Part shown: positions 37,446 to 49,664 of the stretch, one piece after another
Numbering within the stretch: the stretch's first letter is position 1
Layout: every line of letters starts with the position of its first letter
Assembly (NCBI GenBank): GCA_025603075.1
Contig: MU626377.1
Location: 306-64,305 of the forward strand
Length of the DNA: 64,000 nt
Source of the DNA: Neoconidiobolus thromboides FSU 785
Lineage: Eukaryota > Fungi > Entomophthoromycota
Reading direction: 5' to 3'
Translations under genes and position numbers: made by a program
The notes under the pieces: generated by a model
What the model was told of the DNA's origin: nothing
The model's input: only the letters and a program-made list of their open reading frames with translations
Database searches by the model: none

Positions 37446-38351
37446 TTATTTACCAAGTAGATGACATAATAAAATATCCAGCTGAGCCTTAATCCCAGTA
37501 TGTAAAAACAATAGTAAAAAGGAATTCACAAGGATACCACACAAAAACAAGGCATGCGAAAACTGATTACTAATTACTATCAGATGACTGAACATAGTAT
37601 CATCAAAAAGCAATATCAAACTTGATTCAAAAATAGTAGCCAATATAGAGCCTAACATAAAGCAAAAATAAAAGACTAAAGTACAGTATATTCGAATGAT
37701 CCCTGCTTTATAATCTGTACCTTTGATATCAATGATGCCCAAACTATTAGTAAATTCTAACTCCAAGTCGATCATTTGAATGATTTTATTCACTTTAGTG
37801 ATAAGTTTATAATAGCAATAGAAAATGACCAGATTTCCGATTAATAAGCCGCTGGTGATGTAATAATAAGTGATTATTGTTAATACATGTAATTTGTTTA
37901 ATGGCAGGGTACAGCTAGCCCTTGACGTTGAAGGTGACAAGTCGTAAAAATAGGCACACATAAATAATAATATCAAAAATACCAACAAATACACTATTAG
38001 TGGTATATAAACATATTTCTTTCTCTTTTTTTCAGATATATTTAATAACCTTTCGTATGCTAATGGAATATTCAAAGCTATCTCAATTACATAAAATAAA
38101 TACAAAGTGATGCCATTAAATTGACAACCTATCTTATTATCAAGTATCCTTTGACCTGTAACCCAAGTATATATTAAGTCTGGGACAACAACTAATAAAC
38201 AGAGATATTCCGCTAGTGAAATCAAAATAATTAGCTTTACATCAAGTACTCTAGGTTTGATTTGGACAGCCAAATGGATAATCAGGGCGTTTAAACTGAT
38301 TAAGATAAGTACAATTAATTGAATTATAACATTGAAGTAATTAAATAACAT
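37446..38351 (-). CDS. Class A (rhodopsin-like) 7TM receptor-like protein, intronless
   Basis: Seven TM segments, TM1 Asn (SLNAL), TM2 LAE, Cys at top of TM3 (IGCQFNG), DRY-like YERL, extracellular-loop Cys (SRASC). Confidence 0.7.
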   Translation of the reverse strand: MLFNYFNVIIQLIVLILISLNALIIHLAVQIKPRVLDVKLIILISLAEYLCLLVVVPDLIYTWVTGQRILDNKIGCQFNGITLYLFYVIEIALNIPLAYERLLNISEKKRKKYVYIPLIVYLLVFLILLFMCAYFYDLSPSTSRASCTLPLNKLHVLTIITYYYITSGLLIGNLVIFYCYYKLITKVNKIIQMIDLELEFTNSLGIIDIKGTDYKAGIIRIYCTLVFYFCFMLGSILATIFESSLILLFDDTMFSHLIVISNQFSHALFLCGILVNSFLLLFLHTGIKAQLDILLCHLLGK

Positions 38352-39253
38352 GAAATGATGTGGAAAATATAGACAAAAAAGAAAAAGAATTTTTTCAGGG
38401 TAGTGAAACTTTTTTTGTTCTCTGATTTATTATTTTATTCAATTGATTTGAAAGTTATAATTTATTTTTCTACTTAATTTGTACAGATAAATCAGCTTGA
38501 TTTACCTTATTTTACTATGTTTGTTATTAAAATTATCATAGTCAATTGATTAAAATATTCTTTGTTTTCAAGGTTAGTAACCTACAAATTTACTTCTAAT
38601 CACTTGACTTTTTTTTCAAAAATGTGAATGTTTTTGCGTAGTCATATTGGAAATTCACTACTTTAGTTATCATAGTTAACTGTATGCTATGATAAAATTA
38701 AACTTGTTTGAATTTTCTTTAAAATTGAAGACAAATCTAACTTGTATAAATGATAAAAAACCAAAGTTATTTTAGACCTTATTTCTTGAATTTTAGTGCT
38801 GTTATTATACTAATTCTAATATAAAGTAAAATAAATTTATATCCAAATTAGTCATAAAACAATATAAGTGATATTAAATTCATTAGTTAATAAAATTGAG
38901 GTTTCAATAAAGTAAATCGTTTTCCTAAGATAAAAGCTTGACCTGCCTTTCATTTTGGAAAATAGCATTCCATTTAATAAATTAAACTAAAACCATTCGT
39001 TTATTACCTTGCTGAAAACTGTAGTTTAAAATTCTTCTTTGAAGAACATTTGGTTTTGGCCTAAGTTGAACATCAATAGCTATAGCCTTTAAATATTAAC
39101 AAATAGGTGACCAGATAAAAGTATATCGTTAATAGAGCACCTTTCTGTATTTTAATTATGCAATCAAAGTTTTATACAACATCAACTTGAAATTATAGTA
39201 TGACACAAATCGTAAAGAAAACATAATAATTACTTGCATTTATTAATTAAGGT

Positions 39254-39523
39254 TTAATAAGAATAGGGGTAATATTTATAGCTACGGTAATATCTACGAT
39301 ACTCATAATTACGATTCATGGAATTCTTATAGTTATAATCGGAGTTGTAGTTATCATCACAATCTTCAGCATAACCACGTCGGTAATAGGTTCTCTTATT
39401 TTCATAGCCCATATCTTTGGAATCAGATATTGAAGTGGGCACTGGAAAAGCATGTGCTCTTCTTGGTATAAAAGCAGCAATGATAAATAAAGTTAATAAG
39501 AAAAAAGGATTGGAAAACATCAT
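39254..39523 (-). CDS. Small secreted Tyr/Asn/Arg-rich peptide precursor (89 aa)
   Basis: Hydrophobic signal ending IAAFIPRRAHA, 16 Tyr in the last 51 residues, paralog at 40532-40747. Confidence 0.75.
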   Translation of the reverse strand: MMFSNPFFLLTLFIIAAFIPRRAHAFPVPTSISDSKDMGYENKRTYYRRGYAEDCDDNYNSDYNYKNSMNRNYEYRRYYRSYKYYPYSY

Positions 39524-40059
39524 TAATTGATTAGTGTAGTAACAATTATAAAAAGAAAGATTTAATTAATATTATAAATAAACAATGGTAGTTCTTTAAC
39601 AAAAGAATTTCTAAAGATACTTTTTCTCTCGATTTGTATCTCTATATTTATAGTTTTTTTGAGTTTTTACTGCCCTTTTCTTTGCTTGCTCATCAAACCG
39701 AATTTTTTGGTTGGGTTTTTAGTCATCAAACGCTTAAATGGAGTGATGATCTAAAATTAATTGAATGAATGCCTCAAATGAGATTGCAAATTTCCATTTT
39801 TAAGGATTTATGCAAAAATGACAAAGTCTTAAGTTTAGGATTTAATTTTTCTAAAAAGCAGTAAATTTTAGCTTGTCCATCAAACATAGTATTTTTTTAA
39901 TAAACAAGGCTCATATCTAGTGACTTAAGTATATTCCTGTATTTTCATGTTTTTGTTTAGTAGTGTAGAATTTCAAAAGATTTAGTATTAAGGAGTAAAA
40001 AGGAGCAGTGTTCTAAAATCGATTTCTATTCAAGTTAAACAAAGTTTTGTTTATATTAC

Positions 40060-40162
40060 AGTTGAGTGTGTTTTTTGGTTTCATCATTTTTTCCATTTTC
40101 AAGCGCTGTTTAAATGGAAAGGCTACCAGTAAGATCTTTAAACAAAAAATACATCCCCAGAT
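40060..40162 (-). mobile_element. MITE family A copy (diverged)
   Basis: GAGTGTGT...ACATCCCC, flanks AGTT/AGAT. Confidence 0.78.
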
Positions 40163-40531
40163 GTTTTCGTATATCACTTTTTTTCAACAATGTATATTTA
40201 CTGTATATAATTCGAAAAATAAATCAATTTACATAATTACAATTTTACAAAGTAAATACCTAAGTAATATTTATTAATTCAAAAATAAGAAAGAAGGAAA
40301 ATAATAGTCAGGAATAATATTAGCCTATTATTTTATTGAATTATTGGCAAAAGTTGTAAATCTGAATATCCTTTTTGTTAAGACTTTTTTAATGTAAGGG
40401 TTTAATACTATCATTTTTACATAAGAAAACTATCCACTACAATTTACAAATACAATAAGCAATTGAGAAAAAAAATACTATTTTATTATTTTATTATTTT
40501 ATTATTTTATTAAAATTAATTAAAAAGAGGC

Positions 40532-40747
40532 TCAATATCTAACTTGCTTTGAATACTTATCGTATTTTCCACCCCCATTATAGTATGCATTCTCATAATC
40601 ATTTGAATAGTTAGAGTTATAATATGAGTTTCTATTATAATAGTTATTGGAACTTCCCATTGAGTTAGTATTAGGTAAAGGGATTGCATGGGCTCTTCTT
40701 GGAATAAAAGCAGCGATCAATAAGCTTGTAAATAAAAAGTAGTTCAT
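40532..40747 (-). CDS. Small secreted Tyr/Asn-rich peptide precursor (71 aa)
   Basis: Same IAAFIPRRAHA signal end, 11 Tyr in the last 38 residues. Confidence 0.72.
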   Translation of the reverse strand: MNYFLFTSLLIAAFIPRRAHAIPLPNTNSMGSSNNYYNRNSYYNSNYSNDYENAYYNGGGKYDKYSKQVRY

Positions 40748-42013
40748 TATTAATATAAGTGAGGTTGGGTTTAACTTAAGGATCTAAAGGTGTAGTATAA
40801 AGTAGAAATTTATTTTATGTAATGTAGATGTGATTTTGAATCGTATATATACTTGTGATGCTAGTTATATTTTAATATTATAAGTTTATCAAACATTGGA
40901 TTATTAATCTTTTTTAATTTAGGTTATCAAACAAATTGTGGGCGAGATTTTAATTTGTCATTTTATTTTTAACTTTGTTTTTTTTTGTTACGCAATTGAA
41001 TGCGGAGTTTTAATTTTATTAAAATGATAAAAATTGTAATTTTATGAATGATTATAATTGTATGTATTGAGCAATATTTTTATTTCGATTTACAAAGTGA
41101 TAACATTCATTAAATTTCAGTGTGAACAATTAAATACTGTTATTTATAAATTTATAATTTAATATCAAATGAAATTAAGCTGAATAATTTCAAGTGCCAA
41201 TTGATTGCTAAAGGTATCGGATTATTAAAAGCGAAGATAACATTAAATATACTTCATTCAATCGTATTTAAATATGAAATATAAAATTAAATGACCATTA
41301 AATAAAGCAAGTCATACTTAAAACAGACTTAAAGCTAATATTTACTTTTGAAGTACAAAGCAATTTCTAAAGTGATCGAACTCCTTAGGCAAATCCGCTT
41401 CAGCTAGGGTGCAGAGGAGTTGCATTTTATTTTTTTCTAAAGTAAAAATATTTTGTTCTTAAGTGTAAAGAACATTTGCTGTAATCATTGAATTTTACTT
41501 TTGTATTGATTTCAGCCCAAAAGATTTGGTTTACTTTTGTAAATATTTTAATATTGTTTTTTATATGAATGTTCATTATTCAGAGTCAAGAATTAAAAAA
41601 GAGTTAGGTTTGTTTTTCTATTTAAAGCTATAAAAATTAATCTATAGATATAACTAAAATTTAATTTGATATACTTAATAACTTCATAGTGGGAAAACTA
41701 GTATTGTCGTTTTTTAAAGATGATTTAAATTTAGTACACGTAACACAATAGTATAGGATAAGAAGTGATAACAAGAAATAACATCAAGAACTCGAAACTA
41801 AATTGCGGTAAAAGTACTAAAGAACAAGAACAAATAAAATGGCCATAAATTAAGTTTAATAAATCATCTATCAACAAATGCCTTTGAGTCACCAATCAAT
41901 TTCGATATAGTGACTGACAACAGAGGGTGAACCAATCAAAAATCAAAGCGACAACGAAGCATAGAAACCAACCTAATCGAAGCAAGCCTTATTAACTTTT
42001 TTAATAAATAATA

Positions 42014-45000
42014 ATGCAAGAGATTGAAATTTTACCTAAGGACAAATATTTACACTATATTACTTTACCTAAGAACCACGATATCATCTCTTGGTCCTTT
42101 TCGACCCATAAAAAATCCATTTTATTTGGCCTATTTATACAAAGCACCGTTAATACGTCTAGCCATAATGTGAATGAAATTAATGAATTTAGCAGTAATG
42201 ATAGTAATAACCCAATGAATGGACTAGGTCTAACCGTGAATGGTACAATAAGAAGTATGAGTAGCAGGAAGCGACGGGGGTCTGTTAATTCACAATGGAA
42301 TAAACAAGATATTAGTGGTCTGGAAGTCCCTGGGGAAGAGATAAATAAAAACAACTCTAAGTTATCAATCGATATTAGCCACACAAGTGATTTTGAAACG
42401 GGTTCAAAGAAATCGATAAATTTAACGAATGGTCATAGAAAAAATAAATTTAATAAAGGAGGAGAGTTAATCGAAGTTTTGCCATTGAAAAGTTATGACT
42501 CGAATAAAACTACTATTAAAGGAGAACACAAAGTCAATCAACCTGGAACTTATATATTATATTTCGGTGATTAGTTTTAATTTAACTTTAATTTAATTAT
42601 TTACATTTAAAAGATAACTCGAATTCTTGGAACACTACTAAAAAATTAACTTTTCATGTTACTACATTTAAAGGTAAACTTAATACTAATTATTATTTTG
42701 CTTTATTTAATATGTTAAATAGAAAAAAAAGTAAAGATAGAGTCACCTTCTATTTCAGGATGGATATTAAAGAAAAAAAGGAAAAAGATGCAAGGTAAAT
42801 TAATTTGATAATTTAATGAAATAGGAATAATTTAATAAATAGGTTGGGCAAAAAGATGGTGTATAATAAAAGAAGGTATGTTATCATATGCTAAAGATGA
42901 TAAATCAATTGTTCGAGGCTCATTAAATATTGCTCATTCTGTGGCTACTTTTGATTATGATACCTTAATGTTGTTCATTGATTCTGGTAGCAATTTTTTT
43001 AGATTTAAGTTTTTAGATTTAGAGGCTTTTAAAGCATGGGAAAAAATCATAGTATATTATTTAGAGTTAGAAGATATACCACCAAAATCACCAATACTTA
43101 ACTTAGAAGAAATAGTTGAATCTGATTCTGAACAAAATCATATTGTAAATAGTATTTCTCGATCTTTGTCCATTAAACAATCTATTTTAAATAATAATCA
43201 TAATACTCTGGATCCTACTTTATCAGAGTCTAGATGCCCAGAGTTAAAAGGGATGATTGAAAATCTATTTATTGATTTTGATTTTTTATCCAATCAAATT
43301 ACTAAGACACTCAATGAGAATGATTTGAATTTACCAGACCTAAAGCTTGACGTTGAAAAAAATGGAACGGGTAAAGAAAATAAATTGCAGTTCTTCTCAT
43401 TTAGATCTAAGAAAGGTAATGATGATTTATAGCGTATAATAATAAAATTAAAACTAATTTTATAGAAAATCCAAATAAATCTATAAATTCACCTCAAAAA
43501 ACTAATTCATTAATTTCAACAACAATTGAAAATTTAAAATCAAAGCAAGAAGAATTAGAAGCATTCAAGCTAAAAGCGTATCAAATTTTAGAAGAAGAAA
43601 TTAATCAACGTCATAAATCACAACTGAATTATTTAAATTTAGTATCTGAATTGAGTCAATTAAAAAGTTCAAGGCCATCCTCGCCTTTACCATCTCCTTC
43701 TGATCCATCTGTAACCTTTCAAAATATGATGGCACCAACTCGTAATAGTCAACATAATCGCCGCCGTTCAGTTTATAGTCGAAGACAAAGCTCAATCATG
43801 ACCATGTCCTCAGCTGGAAACAATGATGAATTTTTTGATGCATTGGAAGGCGATGAAAGTCCTGATTTAGAAGAACCAGTGGTTGTTATTAATGAATCGG
43901 AGGATGATGATAGTGGTGCTGAAGAAGAGGAAGTAGAGAATGAAAGTAGTCATACTGAAAATGAAGAAAATGAGGAAAAGTTCAATGAAATTGAATCTAG
44001 CAATTTACTACAAGAAGAATTAATTGAAGCAGACAATTTCGAACCTAAAGGTGAATCACCAAACAAACAAGAAAATAAATTAATTAATCGAAGGAGTCAA
44101 CTTCCCTCACCAGTTTGTGGGGAAGAGATCAGTTTTTTGGGTATATTAAGAAAAAATGTTGGTAAAGATTTATCCACAGTAACATTACCAGTTTCGCTTA
44201 ATGAGCCCTTAAATATCTTACAACGTTTATGTGAAGAATTAGAATATTTTGAATTATTAAATAAAGCTAATACAACGGATGATTCTTTAGAGAGATTAAT
44301 TTACATAACTGCATTTGCTATTTCACCTTATGCAGCTTCAGGTCAAAGATCAGCAAGAAAACCATTTAATCCACTTTTAGGGGAAACGTTCGAGTATATA
44401 AGAGAAGATTATGGATTTAAATTTATATCTGAAAAAGTGAGTCACAATCCACCAATCTTTGCATGTTATAGTGAATCCGAAAATTATGAATTTTGGCAAG
44501 AATCCAGTCCAAAATCCAAGTTTTGGGGTAAATCTATGGAACTTAATTCTGGTGGAACAAGTCATATTCGACTTAAAAAATATAATGAGCATTATACATA
44601 TAATAAAGCGGTTGGATGGATGCGTAATTTAGTTGGTGGGAATAAATATTTAGAATATTCTGGAGAAGTAATTGTTAAAAATCAAACAAGTAAAGAATAT
44701 AGTAAAGTGAGCTTTAAAGAGAGCACCTTTTTTGTATCCTCAAATAATGAAATTAAAGCAACCATCTTTAATAATAAAGGAAAATCTATGTACCAATTAG
44801 AGGGTCAATGGAGTCATTCTATTTTATGGAATAAAGGAAATGACCATTTAGAAGTTATCTTTCGTCCCAACCCACCCATTGCTAATTCAGCTAAAATGTA
44901 TAACTTTACTAAATTTGCAGTGGAATTAAATGAACTTACACCGGATATTAAAGATAAGTTACCTATCACTGATACTAGATATCGACCCGATCAAAGGTAT

Positions 45001-45237
45001 TTTGAAGAGGGTAAAGTCGAACTAGCAGAGCAAGAAAAATCTCGGGTAGAAGAACTACAAAGAGCTAGACGACGTCATAGAGAACAAAATAATATCACAT
45101 ATACACCCGTTTGGTTTGAACTTAAACCAACAATTGATTATGAAGGTAAAAAATGTGAGTCATGGCAATATAAAGGAGGGTACTTTGAGGCAAGAGAAAG
45201 CAAAAGTTTTAATAATTTACCTAATCTTTGGAATTAA
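42014..45237 (+). CDS. OSH3: Oxysterol-binding protein, OSH3-like (GOLD + PH + ORD), multi-exon
   Basis: GOLD (ISWSFST, GTYILYFDNS), PH (GWILKKRKKMQGWAKRW), FFAT-like EFFDALE, ORD fingerprint EKVSHNPP, KPFNPLLGETFEY. Confidence 0.92.
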
Positions 45238-45689
45238 ATTAAGTTGAGTGTAATAAGTAATAGTTTATTTTATTTTATTTTTATTTTATTATAAAGGAAA
45301 AACGTATATTTGATTTTGATTTCTTTTTGCTTATTTTGAGTTGTATGATGGATGGATGATTTTTATACTGTTGTTATTGTAGATAGTTTGTTATATTTTA
45401 TTATTGTCTTTTGCTTATGATATTTAGACTAACTATTATAGTCGATTGAATTTAAGTTAAAAGACATCAATAAACTTTATTAAATTAATTTATAGCGTTA
45501 AGGATATTTTATTGATTTATTGATTATTACAGAAATATTGATATGATACAAGAGGTATTATTCTTGTTTAAAATATTACAATTTTGCAAAAAAAAAAAAA
45601 AATAGTATTAATAGGTTGCAACAGTAAATATTGCATTTTTAAAGCAACTGCTAGAGGGTCTCTTGAAGAGAATTTGATTTCAATTGAAT

Positions 45690-45795
45690 AAATGTGGATG
45701 TTTTTTTGTTTTCATTACTTTTACATTTTTTTAAGCGCTATTTGAGCGGAAAGTTTGTTAGTAAAATTCTTAAACAAAAAAATACATCCCCAAAT
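45690..45795 (-). mobile_element. MITE family A copy with AAAT target duplication
   Basis: Direct repeat AAAT at 45690-93 and 45792-95. Confidence 0.92.
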
Positions 45796-46203
45796 ATTGA
45801 CTAGAATAAAAAAGAATTATCTAGCTATTTAAGTTATAATGTTTCCTTCTGAACTTTCTATTGATAATAAAAGTTGGATTTCAAAGTTTTGAAAATTGGA
45901 ATTACTGCTACAATTAAAGATCCCTGTTTTAGGTTAAAGATTATAATGCTTTGAGTAAGAACACATCAACTGGATATTCAATTTTAAATTTTAACATTCT
46001 AAATAAGTAATATAATATAAGCTATGTATTTCTAAATGAAAGATAAAGTAAAAGTATCGGTAGTTGAACTTGATTATTTTAAATTTAGTAAATAAATAAA
46101 AAATTAATGACTATTTCTAAATATATAATTGTTTTCTAATAAGGTCTACTAAAGAAAATAAATCGAAAAACTTCATTTTTATTTGTTACTTTTATTATTA
46201 GTA

Positions 46204-47877
46204 TTAATTTAATATAAAATTTTTCAAAAACTTTTTCGATGTATTCAACACTAAATTACATAAGTGTAACATTTCTTGAGCTGAAAAATTGGCTGGTTTG
46301 GAATTAGAAGCATAAGATAAAGCAGCTAAACCTCTGTTGATAACTTGATCAGACAATGGATTTCTACCAATACAATAAATTATATATAAATTTAAAGCAA
46401 ACGATAAACTACCCAATTGAAAATGTAATGAATTAGTAGATATCTCATTACTACTTTGATTGACAATATGTTTTGCTAAGTTAATAATTGTATCAACATA
46501 TTTTATTTTAATGTTGACTTTGGTTTCTTTTGGTAAAGCTATGGCAAGGTAATTCATTACATATAGTACATATAGCAAGTAACTAAGTTGAATGTTTTGA
46601 AGCATAGATCGTTGAAATGGGGTGATTACATTATTGATTAAAGAAGATATCAACTTATAACAATTAAAAGTATGTTTATTTATTTTATTTAAATAATAAA
46701 AAGATAATATTTCAGTCTGTTGAAAGTTATTAAATCTTTTATATTTTAATTGATAAATTGATATAAAACAATACGCTTTTTTGTAATTTAAATCACTTAA
46801 TATTATGGACATTAATTCTTTAGTAGATTGAGTTATTGTTTTAGCTAATTTATAACAATTGATATCTTGTTCTATATCTTCTTTACTAAAGATGGAATGA
46901 GAATCATAACAAAAAGAACGTATTAAAAAGATATAATTTAAAGCAGAAAATGTAAGCTTTCTTTCTAATAAATGAAATTTAGATATATTTGGAGGTGAAA
47001 GATGTAATCCAAGTTTACTAGATAAATGAATAGTGGAATCAATTAAATTCTCTATATTAATAAACGGATGTTGAATTCTTCGTATGCCAAAATATAATAC
47101 AATAGAAGCTTGTAAAAGATAAAGATTGGATTTATATCTAGATACTTGAAATAAGTGAATATAAACTCGTTCTAATTGTTTCATTAAATTCAATACATTT
47201 TTACTCGGTATTAAAAAAGTTAAGCCAGATAACCAAATAGCTATATTAAGTAACATAGGTTGGTCTTCTGTATTATATCTAGATTCTAAAAATAAAGGGA
47301 TAAAAGTATTAATATTTTCAAAATAAGCTAATTTAGCCTTATTTAAAATCACTTCATTTTTTTGAATATTTAATTGTGTCACTGGATATTGTTTACTTTT
47401 GTTGAAATTATTTTTATTGTCTATTTTTGATGAACAGAAACTTAATAAATAAAATTTTTCTAGCTTATTATTAATTTTAATATTGGAAAATATGTTTAAT
47501 CCTAACAAAGTACCAAATCTATTGGCAAATGAACGCTCGTTATATTTTTTTTGAATCATCAATAAAGTAGTATTAATTGTAAGTTTATTATCTACTTGAA
47601 TAAAAGTCCCTACTATTCCTTTATCTTCATTTAGATACTTTAATGATTTTCTTTTACGGTTGAAATATCTTGGTTTCATTTGTAATATATTTATGCAATT
47701 GTAAAACATTGGGTTTTCTTGAGCTCGAACTTTTTTCTTTGTCAGTCGTAGATAAGTACATTGTATATCGCTCTTAACACATCGAATACATTTTGGAAGG
47801 CCCTTATCACATTTTACACGACTTAAATAACATTGATCACATATTTGTAACTGACCATTTTTCCACAATGAAGACAT
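46204..47877 (-). CDS. Zn(II)2Cys6 transcription factor with fungal_trans-like middle region, intronless
   Basis: CDQCYLSRVKCDKGLPKCIRCVKSDIQC; YFENINTFIPLF; HLSSKLGLH. Confidence 0.9.
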   Translation of the reverse strand: MSSLWKNGQLQICDQCYLSRVKCDKGLPKCIRCVKSDIQCTYLRLTKKKVRAQENPMFYNCINILQMKPRYFNRKRKSLKYLNEDKGIVGTFIQVDNKLTINTTLLMIQKKYNERSFANRFGTLLGLNIFSNIKINNKLEKFYLLSFCSSKIDNKNNFNKSKQYPVTQLNIQKNEVILNKAKLAYFENINTFIPLFLESRYNTEDQPMLLNIAIWLSGLTFLIPSKNVLNLMKQLERVYIHLFQVSRYKSNLYLLQASIVLYFGIRRIQHPFINIENLIDSTIHLSSKLGLHLSPPNISKFHLLERKLTFSALNYIFLIRSFCYDSHSIFSKEDIEQDINCYKLAKTITQSTKELMSIILSDLNYKKAYCFISIYQLKYKRFNNFQQTEILSFYYLNKINKHTFNCYKLISSLINNVITPFQRSMLQNIQLSYLLYVLYVMNYLAIALPKETKVNIKIKYVDTIINLAKHIVNQSSNEISTNSLHFQLGSLSFALNLYIIYCIGRNPLSDQVINRGLAALSYASNSKPANFSAQEMLHLCNLVLNTSKKFLKNFILN

Positions 47878-48482
47878 AATGAAATTAACTTTAAAAAAAT
47901 CAAAATACTTTTTTTCAATTTTTTATCTTTAATTTTACTTTTTGTTTGTTTAAATATAACTTAGTGATGACCAATTAATTTTATAGGGATTTTATTGATT
48001 TTTTATTGAAAACTTTGTATTTATTAATCTGACTTAAATCTTTTTTAATCGATTCTTAAAATCATTGGCTGATTGTTATATTTAGCTCAATAAACCTAAA
48101 TTAACAAGTTTAATTGAATATTACAATTTAATATTGTTCATATTAAATTTAGATCATTATTAACTATATAGATGTAGTTAGTTTGATACAATATTAAAGT
48201 TTTATTTGATACAAACTGATGGTATATCAAAAGAAAAAATCTTGTGTATAACAAAAGTTATCATTTATTATAATAAACAAAAAGGAAATATTAATATAAA
48301 ATAATAATAGAACTTATTTCCAATCTATTTATAGCTTGAATTATTATAGGCCACTATGTCTAAATTTAATATATCTTTCCAATATTGAATTCAACTTGTA
48401 CCTTTATTAAATTACATTGCATTAAAACTTATTAGAACTCGGAGAGTACTAAAAAAAGAAGTTCACTTATCGCATTTAATAG

Positions 48483-48576
48483 AAGATATAAGATATAAGA
48501 TATAAGATATAAGATATAAGATAGGAGATAGAAGATAGAAAATAGAAGATAGAAGATAAAAGATGGGAGATAGAAG
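48483..48576. repeat. 7-bp minisatellite (AAGATAT grading to AAGATAG), ~13 units
   Basis: Direct inspection: about 5 perfect AAGATAT units, then AAGATAG/GAGATAG/AAAATAG variants. Confidence 0.9.
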
Positions 48577-49221
48577 CCTTTTCAATTAACAACATAGATA
48601 GAAATAACATATTAAATTGGAATTAATAAAGTCATTAACAGTGATGATTTGTTTTTTATGCTAATGAGTGGAAAATAAAGATCTTGAGAAATGATATCAT
48701 TGGAGGATCTTATCCCTAATTTTTATTTTCAGCTATAAATTCCAAATTGTTAAGTTAGAATAATAGAGTAATTAGTTGTAAAATAATAACTATAAGATAA
48801 CCAATAATAATAGAAGTTCTTTAATATATTAAATTTCAAGACTAATTAAACTTTTAGTTTTATAATTTAATACTATTATTATTTATTATTATGATTTTAA
48901 AAGACTAAAATTAATATTAATAGGATTCTGTTAAATATTCAATTTCGTTAAAAAGTTGATCCGAAATCTCATTACTAGTGGTAAAGAAATGGGCTTCCCT
49001 TTTTTAGAATTTATTATCCTAAAGTCCCCTGGATTTTTCCTTATAGTCGATATGATCCTGCATAAATAATAATAACTGTTGTACCATTTTTAAGTTATAT
49101 TATAACTTGGAATTGAATATCAACGATTAAAAAGTATATAAAAATAATGTAAATCTAAAATATAAGTGAATCAAATGATTCTCTTCTTTTACTTGTATTA
49201 GAACAAAACAATAAATTCAAT

Positions 49222-49326
49222 ATATGAGGGTATATTTTTGTGTTAAGAATTTTACTAACAAATTTTCCGCTCAATACTGTTTAAAAGCTGGAAAAAGTAA
49301 TGAAGCTAAAAAAAACAGCCACATAT
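49222..49326 (+). mobile_element. MITE family A copy
   Basis: GAGGGTAT...ACAGCCAC, flanks ATAT/ATAT. Confidence 0.85.
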
Positions 49327-49664
49327 ATCTGCATTTAAGCTAAAAGTGGTTCTAAAAGTTCAAGCTCGCGCAATAGTAATCATAAGATTAAGTTATGGTT
49401 TGGATTAGAAGTTTATTAAAGAGATTATTAGTTAAATCGTGAAACTAACCTTATTTAGTTTATCCCTTAGTTTTTCACTATCCTTTCTTTTATAATAGAT
49501 TTTAATATTATTAATGTATTTCTTTTATTTTAAAATCTTCTATTATTGTTTAATATTAAGGTATTTTTTCAAATATAAATTGAAGTTTTTATCTTATATA
49601 TTAAATAGGGAATTAAGTTTTAAAAAACATTAATCGATTTGTGAAAAATAAATTAATTTTTTAT

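Noticed and set aside
3572-40277. ORFs 3572-3760, 5058-5261, 7729-7965, 20571-20813 and 40047-40277 sharing KILKYKNTSPY-like text
   Set aside because: They are read-throughs of MITE family A copies, not a protein family. Frames shift between copies in homopolymer runs.
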